Shown: one piece after another, positions 18,273-27,810 of the stretch
Layout of the letters: each line of letters starts with the position of its first letter
Position numbering within the stretch: the stretch's first letter is position 1
DNA from: Thermoproteota archaeon
Lineage (GTDB): Archaea > Thermoproteota > Thermoprotei_A > Sulfolobales > NBVN01
Assembly (NCBI GenBank): GCA_030550455.1
Contig: JAUQPH010000001.1
Location: 64,259 to 128,258, forward strand
Direction: 5' to 3'
DNA: 64,000 nt
Notes under the pieces: generated by a model
What the model was told of the DNA's origin: nothing
The model's input: only the letters and a program-made list of their open reading frames with translations
The model's database searches: none
Translations under genes and position numbers: made by a program

Positions 18273-18878
18273 TTGTGTGAGTTAGTGCTAATATGTTTTC
18301 TGAAACTAAGCTATAGTTTAGGTGGGTGGGTGCTAGCATCACCTGAGGCTTATATAGTACTTGTTAGAGCCCATAGACTCCTGAGTAGTGTGAGAACACT
18401 CGTTCTTCACGATCTTGGTGCTGTTATAGTAGACAAGGAGAAAGTTAATGTGAGAAAAGGTGATGAGGTTAATCTGCCGCTATGGTTGGCTTTAGAGCTA
18501 CAGCGTTATGGTTACGCGGAGGTTCGCGATATCTCACTTAGGGATGTCGATTTACTGAAGTACCTCCACATGGAGAGAACTTCTAAGGGACGAAAACTAG
18601 CTGAGTTAAGAGAAGATCTGTACTTTTCGGCTGCGATGACTGCGAGTAAGATGAGTGCTGAAAAGACTTCCGAGGGTCTGTCTAGAGTTGAGAAATTCAA
18701 AGGGGCCTTAAACAATCTATTAGACTTAAGGTTAAGTAAGTTGGTGAGTGCGGCAATCAACCTAGATGTTAAGCAGGCCAGTGAAGTAAGCAAGATCCTG
18801 GAGGAAGTAGTTTTGTATAAGCTACTTAAAAGAGTACTCGAATTGTGGAGGGACTCGGTGTTGAAGTATGTTAAGTAA
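18273..18878 (+). CDS. gins23: GINS complex subunit (Gins23, Psf2/Psf3-like)
   Basis: It lies immediately upstream of mcm and overlaps it, as in Sulfolobus. The B-domain motif is KGDEVNLPLWLALELQRYGYAEV, followed by a helical A domain. The true start is probably downstream of 18273. Confidence 0.55.
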   Translation: MCELVLICFLKLSYSLGGWVLASPEAYIVLVRAHRLLSSVRTLVLHDLGAVIVDKEKVNVRKGDEVNLPLWLALELQRYGYAEVRDISLRDVDLLKYLHMERTSKGRKLAELREDLYFSAAMTASKMSAEKTSEGLSRVEKFKGALNNLLDLRLSKLVSAAINLDVKQASEVSKILEEVVLYKLLKRVLELWRDSVLKYVK

Positions 18879-20979
18879 CCGATCGACGGACTCGATAGAA
18901 ATGGAGCTAGACTACATATCGGCATTTCAGGACTTTCTTCAGAGTTACGTTGATGAATACGGTGAGAGAAAATACATTAAGAGAATTAAGGAAATGCTCT
19001 TTTATGAGAAAAAATCTGTGCCCATAGACTACGAAGACCTAGCAAAGTATGACGACAGACTTCTTCTACTTCTAGATAAAGACCCTCAACTAGCATTAGA
19101 CGCTTTATCAGGAGCTATCAAGACTATAGTGGAGAGCATAGACGAGGCTTACGCTAAAAGAGTGCGTAAGTTCTACGGCAGACTTACAGGTTGGGTTAAA
19201 CCGACACCTATCAGGGAGGTACGAAGCGATTTGCTAAATAGGTTAGTAATGCTCGAGGGAGTTGTAGTGAGATCTACTCCACCAAAAGAGAAGTTAATAA
19301 AAGCAACGTACGTTCATATACTACCTGATGGTACACAACACGAGTTTAGTTGGCCTCCAGATGATAGAGAGCTAGATGAAATGGAGAGGCCCTCCTACTG
19401 CCCCAAGTGTGTTACCGAGCTTCCCGAGGAAGGAGGTTCTTACCGTCGAGGTACCTATAGGCTGGTTCTGGAGAAGTCTAGTTTCATAGATTGGCAGTTC
19501 CTGACTTTGCAGGAAAAGCCGGAGGATACCCCTCCTGGACAGCTTCCTAGATCTATAGACGTAGTGCTCTCAGAGGATATAGTAGATACCGTAAGACCTG
19601 GGGATAGAGTTGTCTTAATAGGGATAGTGAAGCTCTTCAGGGGAGGTAGAAGACTGTCGTCAGTTTACGATTTCTACATTGAGGCCAACAACATCATACC
19701 GGCACAAAGACTTCTTGAGGAAGTTAGTATCAGCCCGGAAGATGAGGCCGAGATACTGGAGCTATCCCGAGATCCTATGGTCAGGAGGAAGATTATAGCA
19801 AGTATAGCGCCTGCTATTCATGGATACTGGGACCTAAAGGAGGCAATAGCTCTACTACTTTTCGGTGGGGTGCCCAAGGTTTTAGCTGATGGTACTAGAA
19901 TAAGAGGTGAGATACATGTCCTCATGATCGGGGACCCAGGAACGGCTAAGAGTCAGCTACTTCAATACGCATCGAGAATAGCACCCCGAGGCCTATATAC
20001 GACAGGTAAGGGTTCTTCAGCAGCTGGGTTAACGGCAGCTGTAATAAGGGATAAGCAGAGTGGGGAATTCTTCCTTGAGGCAGGTGCCATGGTACTCGCA
20101 GATGGAGGTATCGTAGCCGTTGATGAAATAGACAAGATGAGGGAGGAGGATAGAGTAGCTATTCATGAAGCTATGGAGCAGGGAACTGTGACCATATCTA
20201 AAGCGGGTATTCACGCTAGGCTTAGTGCTAGAGCTTCTGTTCTTGCTGCAGGAAATCCGAAGCGTGGTAGGTATGTTGACGCTCTCGGGCTTTCTGGTAA
20301 CATAAACTTACCCGTAACGATACTATCGAGGTTCGACTTGATATTCGTAGTTAAAGACGTAGCTGAAATAGACAGAGATAAGCAGATAGTTAGACACGTA
20401 CTCGAGGTCCATAGCACTGAGGGGGCGAGAGCCGAAATACCTCCTGACTTATTGAGGAAGTATATAGCGTATGCTAGAAAATACGTTAAGCCGAAACTAA
20501 CGGATGAAGCCAAAAGGATCATAGAGAACTACTACATCGAACTCAGGAAGAGAAGTGCCGCAGACCCTAACGCACCTCTAGCGATTACTACTAGGCAGCT
20601 TGAGGCCTTAATAAGATTATCAGAGGCTCACGCTAAGATGGCCTTAAAGAACGAAGTTGAAGCTGAAGACGCATTAGAGGCTGTAAGGCTCATGAACGCT
20701 GTTCTAGAGAGAGTAGGTATGGACGTAGAGACCGGAATGCTGGACATCGATATATTGATGTCTGGAAAGGCTAAAAGCCTTAGAGATAAGGAGATAATAA
20801 TACTCGAGCGCATAAGAGAGCGTAGTAAGAAGGAGGAGTGCACCAAGTACTCAGAACTTGAAAAGATAGCTGAAGCTCTCGGCATAGACCGTGGAACTCT
20901 AGAGAAGATAATACACAACTTAAAGAGGTCTGGAGATATATACGAGCCGCGGACCGGGTGCTACATGTTGCAAAGTTAG
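18868..20979 (+). CDS. mcm: MCM replicative helicase
   Basis: 703 aa with a zinc motif (CPKC), Walker A GDPGTAKSQ, Walker B DEIDKM, arginine finger SRFDL and a C-terminal winged helix. There is no intein. Confidence 0.95.
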   Translation: MLSNRSTDSIEMELDYISAFQDFLQSYVDEYGERKYIKRIKEMLFYEKKSVPIDYEDLAKYDDRLLLLLDKDPQLALDALSGAIKTIVESIDEAYAKRVRKFYGRLTGWVKPTPIREVRSDLLNRLVMLEGVVVRSTPPKEKLIKATYVHILPDGTQHEFSWPPDDRELDEMERPSYCPKCVTELPEEGGSYRRGTYRLVLEKSSFIDWQFLTLQEKPEDTPPGQLPRSIDVVLSEDIVDTVRPGDRVVLIGIVKLFRGGRRLSSVYDFYIEANNIIPAQRLLEEVSISPEDEAEILELSRDPMVRRKIIASIAPAIHGYWDLKEAIALLLFGGVPKVLADGTRIRGEIHVLMIGDPGTAKSQLLQYASRIAPRGLYTTGKGSSAAGLTAAVIRDKQSGEFFLEAGAMVLADGGIVAVDEIDKMREEDRVAIHEAMEQGTVTISKAGIHARLSARASVLAAGNPKRGRYVDALGLSGNINLPVTILSRFDLIFVVKDVAEIDRDKQIVRHVLEVHSTEGARAEIPPDLLRKYIAYARKYVKPKLTDEAKRIIENYYIELRKRSAADPNAPLAITTRQLEALIRLSEAHAKMALKNEVEAEDALEAVRLMNAVLERVGMDVETGMLDIDILMSGKAKSLRDKEIIILERIRERSKKEECTKYSELEKIAEALGIDRGTLEKIIHNLKRSGDIYEPRTGCYMLQS

Positions 20980-21442
20980 GAGTCTCGTATTAGCATTTTA
21001 CTACGTAATAGCTTAACCTTAACTTATGTGAGAGCAGCTCGCTTGCACATGCCTTATATTCCCGTAGGCTATCTATAATCTGTTTTGTCGATACCTACAG
21101 CAAAGAGCTTGAGTGTGCGAACTGTTAGTTAGGTCTACGGTGCTTGATTAATTCGTTGAAGCTAACCTTTGGGGGTTAGAGCTACACAGATGGGGTGCGG
21201 GCACATCCCGAGGTAAGCCAAGACGCTGAGTGCCTGAAGTGCTTTGAACGCTCTCGAGCCCGGTGACAACCAGAGCGAAATGCGAGAGAAAAAGAGGTGA
21301 GGCGACGAGATAAACTTGTATGAACTAATGCGAGAGCTAAACCCTCTGTTCTATCTCTATATCGTTGAGCTCGATGCTTGAGTGCGTCAACACTTCCTAA
21401 TCTTGAACAAAGCCCGCTCTACTATCGCACTTACTACATAGG

Positions 21443-21681
21443 TGTTTTCTTCTTGATTTACTGGGAAATGCCTATAAGCTTTGTTTCTATCTATGATGAG
21501 CCTGGGTGGTGATGCCCAAAGCCGTCAGAACTCTATATTAGATAGATGCCCTGTGCCGCTGGGTTCGACCACCACCCATGAACCTGCGTGGACACCTAAA
21601 TCTACGTGGGTGAGGTGGAAGTCCCTAGATGCGACCACGAATGAAAATAAAGTAACTAAGATGAACACCTAGAGACAAACG
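21443..21681 (-). repeat. Copy B of the ~240-bp repeated element (inverted relative to 8526-8771)
   Basis: Its reverse complement aligns base-for-base with copy A, apart from 2 substitutions and the absence of the 7-nt duplication. Confidence 0.95.
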
Positions 21682-21767
21682 GTTTTCCTAAACTATACTA
21701 TAGAGCACCAACTATTATGGCTAACAGTACTTGAAATAGCAGGTTGGTATCGGGTGATATATGGAAC

Positions 21768-22466
21768 TTACTTATAGACGGCAAAAACCATGGCGTGGTC
21801 TTTATCGTATGGATCTAAGTGAACTACATCCAAGATCTCGAAGTTACCCTTCTCAAGAGTTTTTATTTCCCTTATGTATATCTCATCAGGCTCTTTAGTA
21901 ACATCAATACTTCTGGCCTTTATTGCTAAGTAAAGGTATCCCCCGCTCTTAAGGAACATCTTAGCGTTAGCTACAACTATACTTGCCTGCTCAGGTTGAG
22001 CTATATCAGCATAGAGAACTTCTACCTGAGGCACTAGCATAGAGTACCTCTCGGGAAACCTAGCGTCGGCAAGTATCGGTACTATGTTTTTTCTGTAGTC
22101 AGCTACTGTAACTAGCTCTCTCATGACTCTAGGTGCGAACTCTATAGCATAGATTCTTCCTTTATGTCCGACTATATCGGATATGTGGCTAGCGGTCGTT
22201 CCACTACCAGCACCTAGGTAAAGTACCTTGCTACCACTGGATATGGCTAGCTCTCGTATTCCCTTATAGAGAGATGCGGCTAGCTTGCTTCTTATATGAT
22301 TCCACTCTCTATACTCTACGTTTTCGTAGTTGAAGAGCCACTCTCCGTAAACCCTACGACCCGGAGTAAGGTTTTTAGTTGCTAGTCTAACTGATCCGTC
22401 CTCTAGCTCCACTACGTAAACCCCCCTATAGCTCGGGTGCTCCTTAACCGAAACTACTTCGACCAC
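21768..22466 (-). CDS. flpA: fibrillarin (C/D sRNP 2'-O-methyltransferase)
   Basis: 232 aa with the SAM-binding motif VLYLGAGSGTT and a typical fibrillarin N-terminus (YRGVY...NLTPG). Confidence 0.95.
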   Translation of the reverse strand: MVEVVSVKEHPSYRGVYVVELEDGSVRLATKNLTPGRRVYGEWLFNYENVEYREWNHIRSKLAASLYKGIRELAISSGSKVLYLGAGSGTTASHISDIVGHKGRIYAIEFAPRVMRELVTVADYRKNIVPILADARFPERYSMLVPQVEVLYADIAQPEQASIVVANAKMFLKSGGYLYLAIKARSIDVTKEPDEIYIREIKTLEKGNFEILDVVHLDPYDKDHAMVFAVYK

Positions 22467-22504
22467 AGCCCCACCTCTATAAGTAAGCTTGAAAGGCTTA
22501 TAAT

Positions 22505-23704
22505 CTACTTTTTCCCACGCTTTGCTGGTTTCGGTGGTTTAGGTGGCGGCGTCTTTGGAGGAGGCTTTGCGTAGAGAGACTTTATCTCCTCGATTCTATC
22601 CTCGAGGAGCTTCTTTAATCTCGACGCGATGAGGCGTCCTGTATAGAAGTCAGCTCTTGCTGCTATAGCAAGCTTTGTAGCTAAGGCTCTCGCTATTTTA
22701 CCCCTCTGCCATCTAGGTGCTTTGTGTATCTCTGGGTATTGAAAGATCACGCCATGCTTAGGTGGTCTGCCACCGGTTCTAAGAGCTCTGAAGAGAGCTT
22801 TTTCCGCACCTAGTACCTGTATTGTGCTAGCAGGGAGTTTTGCTAAATCTTCAAGGCTTCCGGCAAGGCTGAGCAGGCGTGCTCCTAGTAGAGAACCTAC
22901 TAACTCAGTTACGTTAGGAGCTACTTCTTTCATGACCTGCTCAAGGTAGTCAGAGAAGTCCTTCCTCATCTCGTATAGAGTTAAAATAAGTTCGCTGAAC
23001 GACTTTATTTTACTCATGTCGAGCTCCGAGATATCGGCCCCGATGCTTTCTCTTGCTGCTCTTGCTATTCTTTCCGCCCTCCCACCCTTGATACCGAGCT
23101 TTGAGAGGTTCTCCACAGTATACTGCTGCCTAGAACCGAGCACAGTTACCAACTTAGCGTATTCTTCATGCTCTTTTACTAGATCATCTAACTCTGGAAA
23201 GTGAGTACTATACCACTCCCTAAGCCTTGAAGCAAAGAGGTTTATTGTCTTGTCGATATCATCTATAGCCCTAATTGCCTGGATAGCCATCAAGTCTCTC
23301 TTTAGAGCCTCGCGCCTTAATTTCGATCTCGTAACACCGACTGCTATCTCGTAGATTAACGCATCAAACTCTTCCTCGTTCTTAACTAAACCCTCCTTAA
23401 TGGCGATGCTCGGAAGCATCTCTCGCAACTTTACGATCAGCTCCTCTCTGGGGTTAATGGTGTGGTTCAAGCCTCTTTGAGCAAGAAACGTTGCTTCTAG
23501 TTCAGACGAAACTACGAAGACAGCATCTGGAGTAGAAATCCTGTTGATTAAATCAACAAACTCTTGACTTAACTCACCGCTCTCTATTCTCAAAGCTCTC
23601 TCGATCATGTATCCCGGGTCTTTGGATACAATGTTGCACACTAAAGTGCCGTCGTCACGCATTGCTACAGCTCCTATCACAGTCTCCATTACCGCAATCT
23701 TCAT
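22505..23704 (-). CDS. nop5: Nop5 (Nop56/58) C/D box sRNP core protein
   Basis: 399 aa with a NOSIC/Nop domain (LGARLLSLAGSLEDLAKLPASTIQVLGAEKALFRAL), a coiled-coil and a lysine/proline-rich tail. It sits next to fibrillarin. Confidence 0.95.
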   Translation of the reverse strand: MKIAVMETVIGAVAMRDDGTLVCNIVSKDPGYMIERALRIESGELSQEFVDLINRISTPDAVFVVSSELEATFLAQRGLNHTINPREELIVKLREMLPSIAIKEGLVKNEEEFDALIYEIAVGVTRSKLRREALKRDLMAIQAIRAIDDIDKTINLFASRLREWYSTHFPELDDLVKEHEEYAKLVTVLGSRQQYTVENLSKLGIKGGRAERIARAARESIGADISELDMSKIKSFSELILTLYEMRKDFSDYLEQVMKEVAPNVTELVGSLLGARLLSLAGSLEDLAKLPASTIQVLGAEKALFRALRTGGRPPKHGVIFQYPEIHKAPRWQRGKIARALATKLAIAARADFYTGRLIASRLKKLLEDRIEEIKSLYAKPPPKTPPPKPPKPAKRGKK

Positions 23705-23945
23705 ATACCTGCCCTCCTCTAGTATTAGCTCTTCTCATAATATAAGTATACCCAAGCTGACTTTCGCAATAGATGTACAACCAAGGGTTTCACAACGCAT
23801 CTCTTACATGACGTTCCTCACTTATTGTTGCTGGACATTAAGGCAGATCATGTTCTCAGAGTAGCCCAATCCTTTATTGAATCAGGTTTCGGTTCATAAA
23901 GAGAACGAGCTTTCTATGACCGAGATAAGAATGCTGCGGCCGTGG

Positions 23946-24431
23946 TCACTGCCCGCGATCATGAAGTGTCGCTTCAACATCCGAGTCCTGGTGTGGCTTA
24001 ACATACCTTAGTAGTGTTTCTCGCAGACCGAGGGCTACCTCAAGCTGTTCTATACTCAAACCCTCGGCTATGACCTCCTTACCAACTCTATAACTTGAGC
24101 CTGTAGGCTCTAACCGCTCTATCGGAACGAATACCCAATCTCTTCCTGGAATTCTAATGGCAATATATGCGCTTCCACCGGCTCTCTTAGTAAACTCGAT
24201 CATTTTCATCACCTGCTCTTTGTCTATGTAAATAGTCTCTTCTCTCGACCTAGATTTGACTTCGAACACAGCCACACGACCATTCCTGATGGCGACAACG
24301 TCTGGATACATAGCTTTTTTTACTTTAGAACCACTGGCTGGTGCTCTCATAACTGCGAAGCCCCTCTTCCACAGTAGGGCAACGAGTTCTCTCTCAGCTC
24401 TATATCCTCTAGACCTATTACCCTTCGGCAC
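23946..24431 (-). CDS. hjc: Holliday junction resolvase Hjc
   Basis: 161 aa and colinear with Sulfolobus Hjc (G..AERELV..L...GFAVMRAPASGSK ... DVVA ... EVKSR). Confidence 0.8.
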   Translation of the reverse strand: MPKGNRSRGYRAERELVALLWKRGFAVMRAPASGSKVKKAMYPDVVAIRNGRVAVFEVKSRSREETIYIDKEQVMKMIEFTKRAGGSAYIAIRIPGRDWVFVPIERLEPTGSSYRVGKEVIAEGLSIEQLEVALGLRETLLRYVKPHQDSDVEATLHDRGQ

Positions 24432-24440
24432 TCAAGCCAC

Positions 24441-24911
24441 CTAATCCCTAGAGACGTCCGCTACTATCGGTTGCAGAACTCTCCTAAGATCTTGAACAGA
24501 GACGTATGCAAGTGTCGATAAATCACCACCCCCACACCACACCCAGTTCTTCTCTAAGACCTTACAATCAAAGATGACGCGCAAAGACTTTACGCAGTCA
24601 GATAGGGGTGATACACCACCAACTTCAAAGCCGGTTACCTCCTTGACCTCATCATAGCTAGCAAGTCTCGAAGTCCTAGACTTTAGTACTTTAGCTATTT
24701 TCGAGAGATCTACCTTTCTGTCACCAGTTAAAACTACGGCCGCATAGCCATCGTCAACTCTGACTACTAGCGTTTTAACAATTTCCGATGGAGGACTTCC
24801 GGTCGCTTTAACAGCTCCTCTAACTGTGCTGACCTCGATGTCGAACTTCTCTACGCGTGCTGAAATCCCATACCTCTTGATGAATTCAGAAACATCGTTT
24901 CGACAACTCAT
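24441..24911 (-). CDS. YbaK/ProX-type aminoacyl-tRNA editing deacylase
   Basis: 156 aa with the family pattern KTLVV...AVVLTGDRKVDLSKIA...GGVSPL. Confidence 0.75.
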   Translation of the reverse strand: MSCRNDVSEFIKRYGISARVEKFDIEVSTVRGAVKATGSPPSEIVKTLVVRVDDGYAAVVLTGDRKVDLSKIAKVLKSRTSRLASYDEVKEVTGFEVGGVSPLSDCVKSLRVIFDCKVLEKNWVWCGGGDLSTLAYVSVQDLRRVLQPIVADVSRD

Positions 24912-25005
24912 AATCCATCCGAGCTAAATGCTTTGCTAGGTTTTTATCTACTACTTTATGAAGTACGAAAATATGTGAAACCCGAAGCAGTCACACGAGA
25001 CCGTC

Positions 25006-26367
25006 TCACCGTGTTTTCGCTATGCGAATTCTCTCGAGTTCAGATACTACTCTTTCTAGTGCCCTATGCGGTGATAGAGCTACGACTTGTATCCCGGAGT
25101 TCCTCAGCAGCTCTATGTTTTTGAGTTCTTGGAGAACGATATTGTACCGCAGTACTTTATATATAGCGTCATTCACCTTGCTTGTGGTACTAAAGAAGGC
25201 TATTAGTGGAGCAACTACTATGACTCTAGCACCACTTTCCTGTGCTTGCCTAGCTAGCTTTAAGATATCATACGCTCTTCGACTACTGAGTACCGGGGAG
25301 AAAATTACAGAGGCGGACACATCCTTAAGTGACTTACTTATATGGTCTGCATATAGACTTTCCTGCGGTGATTCAACCCTTGGAGCTGGGCTGTATTCAG
25401 GCCATCTTATATTAGAAAGAACGTCGAGAATCTCCACTAGACCTCTATAGCTTCTCGCTTCACTACTGTATTTAACTCCATCTTCCGTAATAGCAATAAA
25501 CTTCAACCTATCCCCACGCTTTACAAGGTAACTCGACAGCGCTACAGCTAGGTCAGCGCAGTGTTCAAAAAGAGACTTAGGGCTACCGATGAACGTGTAC
25601 TTTTGTGCGTCGAGTATTATCATTACTCTGAGAGGCGTTTCTACTTCAAATACTTTAACGTGGAGCTTTCCTAGCCTAGCTGTCGCTTTCCAGTCAATAT
25701 GACGAAGTTCATCTTCGGGTCTATACTCTCTCGTACTATGGTATTCAACTCCTAAGCCTGGGCTGAGAGTTCTCGAACCAATAGATGAACGCACGATGCC
25801 ATACCACTTAGCCACCGGTGCTAAACCCATCTTAGGTGGGATCTTGATCACTATGGACTCCAAGTAATATATTGGAGCTTCGAAAGCGTCGAAGAAGTCA
25901 GTAATCGCCACTTTCAGTGGTCCCACTACGTGAAGGCCTGTACGCCTAGGTAGCGTGAGCGAAAACCTTGCGTGTCCAGGTTTTAAGGCAATTCGCTTAG
26001 AGTACGTGTAGCGGACACCCAAAAGCGAGAGTTGTGGGGGCAGATCAAGGTATACCTTCAGATAAGCAAAACCTCCTTTAGAGGAGATACTTAGGTCTAA
26101 ACTGAGAACTATATCTACGTCTTCTAGTTCTACCTCAACCTTATTTAATCGGCATGTAGTAAGCTTACTTATGAGTCTAAGATGGGAGTAACTCACCACG
26201 GAATACGTTATAAAATATGCTGCTACGCACAGGGCTCCAAGAGCTACGTTTAGAAGGGCTAGAGCTATTGATGCTACTACAATAGCTGAACATAGGTAAA
26301 TTAGCCTTTGCGTCTTTAGGACTTCACCGTAACTAAACATGTCCCTCACTCGTAAGGCTTTCTTCAA
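25006..26367 (-). CDS. DUF58-family protein (vWA-like, N-terminal TM helices)
   Basis: 453 aa. The DUF58 signature is RPEDELRHIDWKATARLGKLHVKVFE, followed by a vWA-like region (VMIILDAQ). Confidence 0.75.
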   Translation of the reverse strand: MKKALRVRDMFSYGEVLKTQRLIYLCSAIVVASIALALLNVALGALCVAAYFITYSVVSYSHLRLISKLTTCRLNKVEVELEDVDIVLSLDLSISSKGGFAYLKVYLDLPPQLSLLGVRYTYSKRIALKPGHARFSLTLPRRTGLHVVGPLKVAITDFFDAFEAPIYYLESIVIKIPPKMGLAPVAKWYGIVRSSIGSRTLSPGLGVEYHSTREYRPEDELRHIDWKATARLGKLHVKVFEVETPLRVMIILDAQKYTFIGSPKSLFEHCADLAVALSSYLVKRGDRLKFIAITEDGVKYSSEARSYRGLVEILDVLSNIRWPEYSPAPRVESPQESLYADHISKSLKDVSASVIFSPVLSSRRAYDILKLARQAQESGARVIVVAPLIAFFSTTSKVNDAIYKVLRYNIVLQELKNIELLRNSGIQVVALSPHRALERVVSELERIRIAKTR

Positions 26368-27628
26368 GTACCTTAAGTAGCTTTTCGGAGTGCTTTAGAG
26401 CCCTACTAATCATAATTCTCCACATCGGTAAAAACGAAAAAGCTTTTTGATTGAGGAAGAGCTCTGAGAACTTCATGAATCTAGTGAGCGCCCTAGAGTA
26501 CCTGGGCTCGTACCCCGCGTTCTCAAGACAACGCACCAACGCCGGGCTGGGGTGGGGTTCGCACCCAAGTAGAACTAGTATCTCAGCTATAGTGTCATAT
26601 ACCTTCCTAAAGTCCTCTCTCCCTCGCCAGACAAAGCTTCTTAGTGTTCTAGCTAGCTCTACCCTTCCCCTACCAAGCTTATACGAGATAGTTACTGTAA
26701 TCAGTAGTGTAGCTGTAGCCACAGCCTCCTCTCTTAAGCTTTCTAGAGGGTCTTTCTCGAAAGAATTCCACACAGACGTTAAACTGTATACTACGCTATT
26801 TAAAAAAACTAGAAAAGACGATTCACCATTATGACTGTAAAGCCTTAAGAATAAGTCTCTGTTAGACAGGTACTTCCCTGCCTCAACTAATACGACGCAG
26901 TCATATCCGCACCACTTTCTCACCTCTAACGCTAAGAACTTAGCTAGCTCTCTATAGCTACCACCTAGCTGGAGTACTTGGTTTGTAAGTAGAGAACCGT
27001 CGCCAAGTATTAGAACGACCAAGTTATTCACGTACTCGAGGCAAGCGACCGGCTTTAACTCAGCAGCTGAAGTAAGGTAATCGTGGGACTCGGCAACTCC
27101 AATTACAGTACCGCAGTTTCGTATTTCAGACGCTTTATCCAGCCTTAGAACTATCTCGCTGTTCTCTAAATAAAATGTAGCTCTCGGGTAAAAGTCCTGG
27201 TGTTCGTCAAGCAATCTGTTACCATATACCCTAGCTTGAACGCCAAGAAACTCGAGTATCGTGTTTACAGTGGTTGTTTCATCAGCGACTACGAGGATTC
27301 CTCCAGAAGATTTCAACACCCTAGCTATATTCTCGACTTCGCTTTGGGTGTAACCATATTCGGGAGAAATGAGTAGTACACACACTTTCTCTCCCAGCTT
27401 AGGTATGCGCACGTAGCTCCAGTTAGATACGTAACTCACTCGCAAGCCGTAGCCTTTCAGTAACTCCATAAACATCGATGTCCCGAACTGCCCAGGGTTA
27501 ATTGGTGACGAACCCGTAGGATATGGTGTTGGTAAGTCCACGTACTCATGAAGAGCAACTATAGCCACCGTCAATAGAAGAACTGCTACTGCCACGGTCT
27601 TTAAAGCACTTAGGAAGACTGTCTGCAT
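26333..27628 (-). CDS. DUF4350-like membrane-anchored protein
   Basis: 431 aa with an N-terminal TM helix, then PGQFGTSMFMELLKGYGLRV...LLISP...GGILVVADE. That pattern resembles DUF4350 proteins, which usually accompany DUF58. It overlaps the DUF58 start by 35 nt. Confidence 0.5.
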   Translation of the reverse strand: MQTVFLSALKTVAVAVLLLTVAIVALHEYVDLPTPYPTGSSPINPGQFGTSMFMELLKGYGLRVSYVSNWSYVRIPKLGEKVCVLLISPEYGYTQSEVENIARVLKSSGGILVVADETTTVNTILEFLGVQARVYGNRLLDEHQDFYPRATFYLENSEIVLRLDKASEIRNCGTVIGVAESHDYLTSAAELKPVACLEYVNNLVVLILGDGSLLTNQVLQLGGSYRELAKFLALEVRKWCGYDCVVLVEAGKYLSNRDLFLRLYSHNGESSFLVFLNSVVYSLTSVWNSFEKDPLESLREEAVATATLLITVTISYKLGRGRVELARTLRSFVWRGREDFRKVYDTIAEILVLLGCEPHPSPALVRCLENAGYEPRYSRALTRFMKFSELFLNQKAFSFLPMWRIMISRALKHSEKLLKVLEESLTSEGHV

Positions 27629-27810
27629 GCCTCTTTACCTAACACTAAGTTGATTAAGCGCACACCAGCTGAGAGCATAGCGAGTCCTGAAATTAGAGCC
27701 ACGAGAGAGGTAGCAACCAGCGAAAATAACATCAGGACTACGGAGAGAACTAGGAGGGATATTGATGACACTATTACGGCAATAGCTAGTGTTTTAAGCG
27801 TGCTTAGCAC
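27610..27810 (-). CDS. small two-TM membrane protein
   Basis: 66 aa and almost entirely hydrophobic. It overlaps both neighbouring genes in the same operon. Confidence 0.4.
   Translation of the reverse strand: MLSTLKTLAIAVIVSSISLLVLSVVLMLFSLVATSLVALISGLAMLSAGVRLINLVLGKEACRQSS

Noticed and set aside
21600-21630. Motif gaggtggaagtccc in the repeat element resembles the RNase P RNA CR-I box (GAGGAAAGUCC).
   Set aside because: The match is imperfect, and the CR-V-like cagaac lies on the wrong (5') side. The element is only ~240 nt and is present twice. This does not fit RNase P RNA.
21481-21672. 63-aa ORF inside repeat copy B.
   Set aside because: In copy A the equivalent frame is disrupted by the 7-nt duplication. 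The composition is not protein-like, so the element is better treated as non-coding.
24975-24987. 13-mer gtgaaacccgaag shared between 24975-24987 and 39229-39241.
   Set aside because: Matches of this length between two sites are expected many times by chance in a 64-kb window counted on both strands. The flanks do not align.
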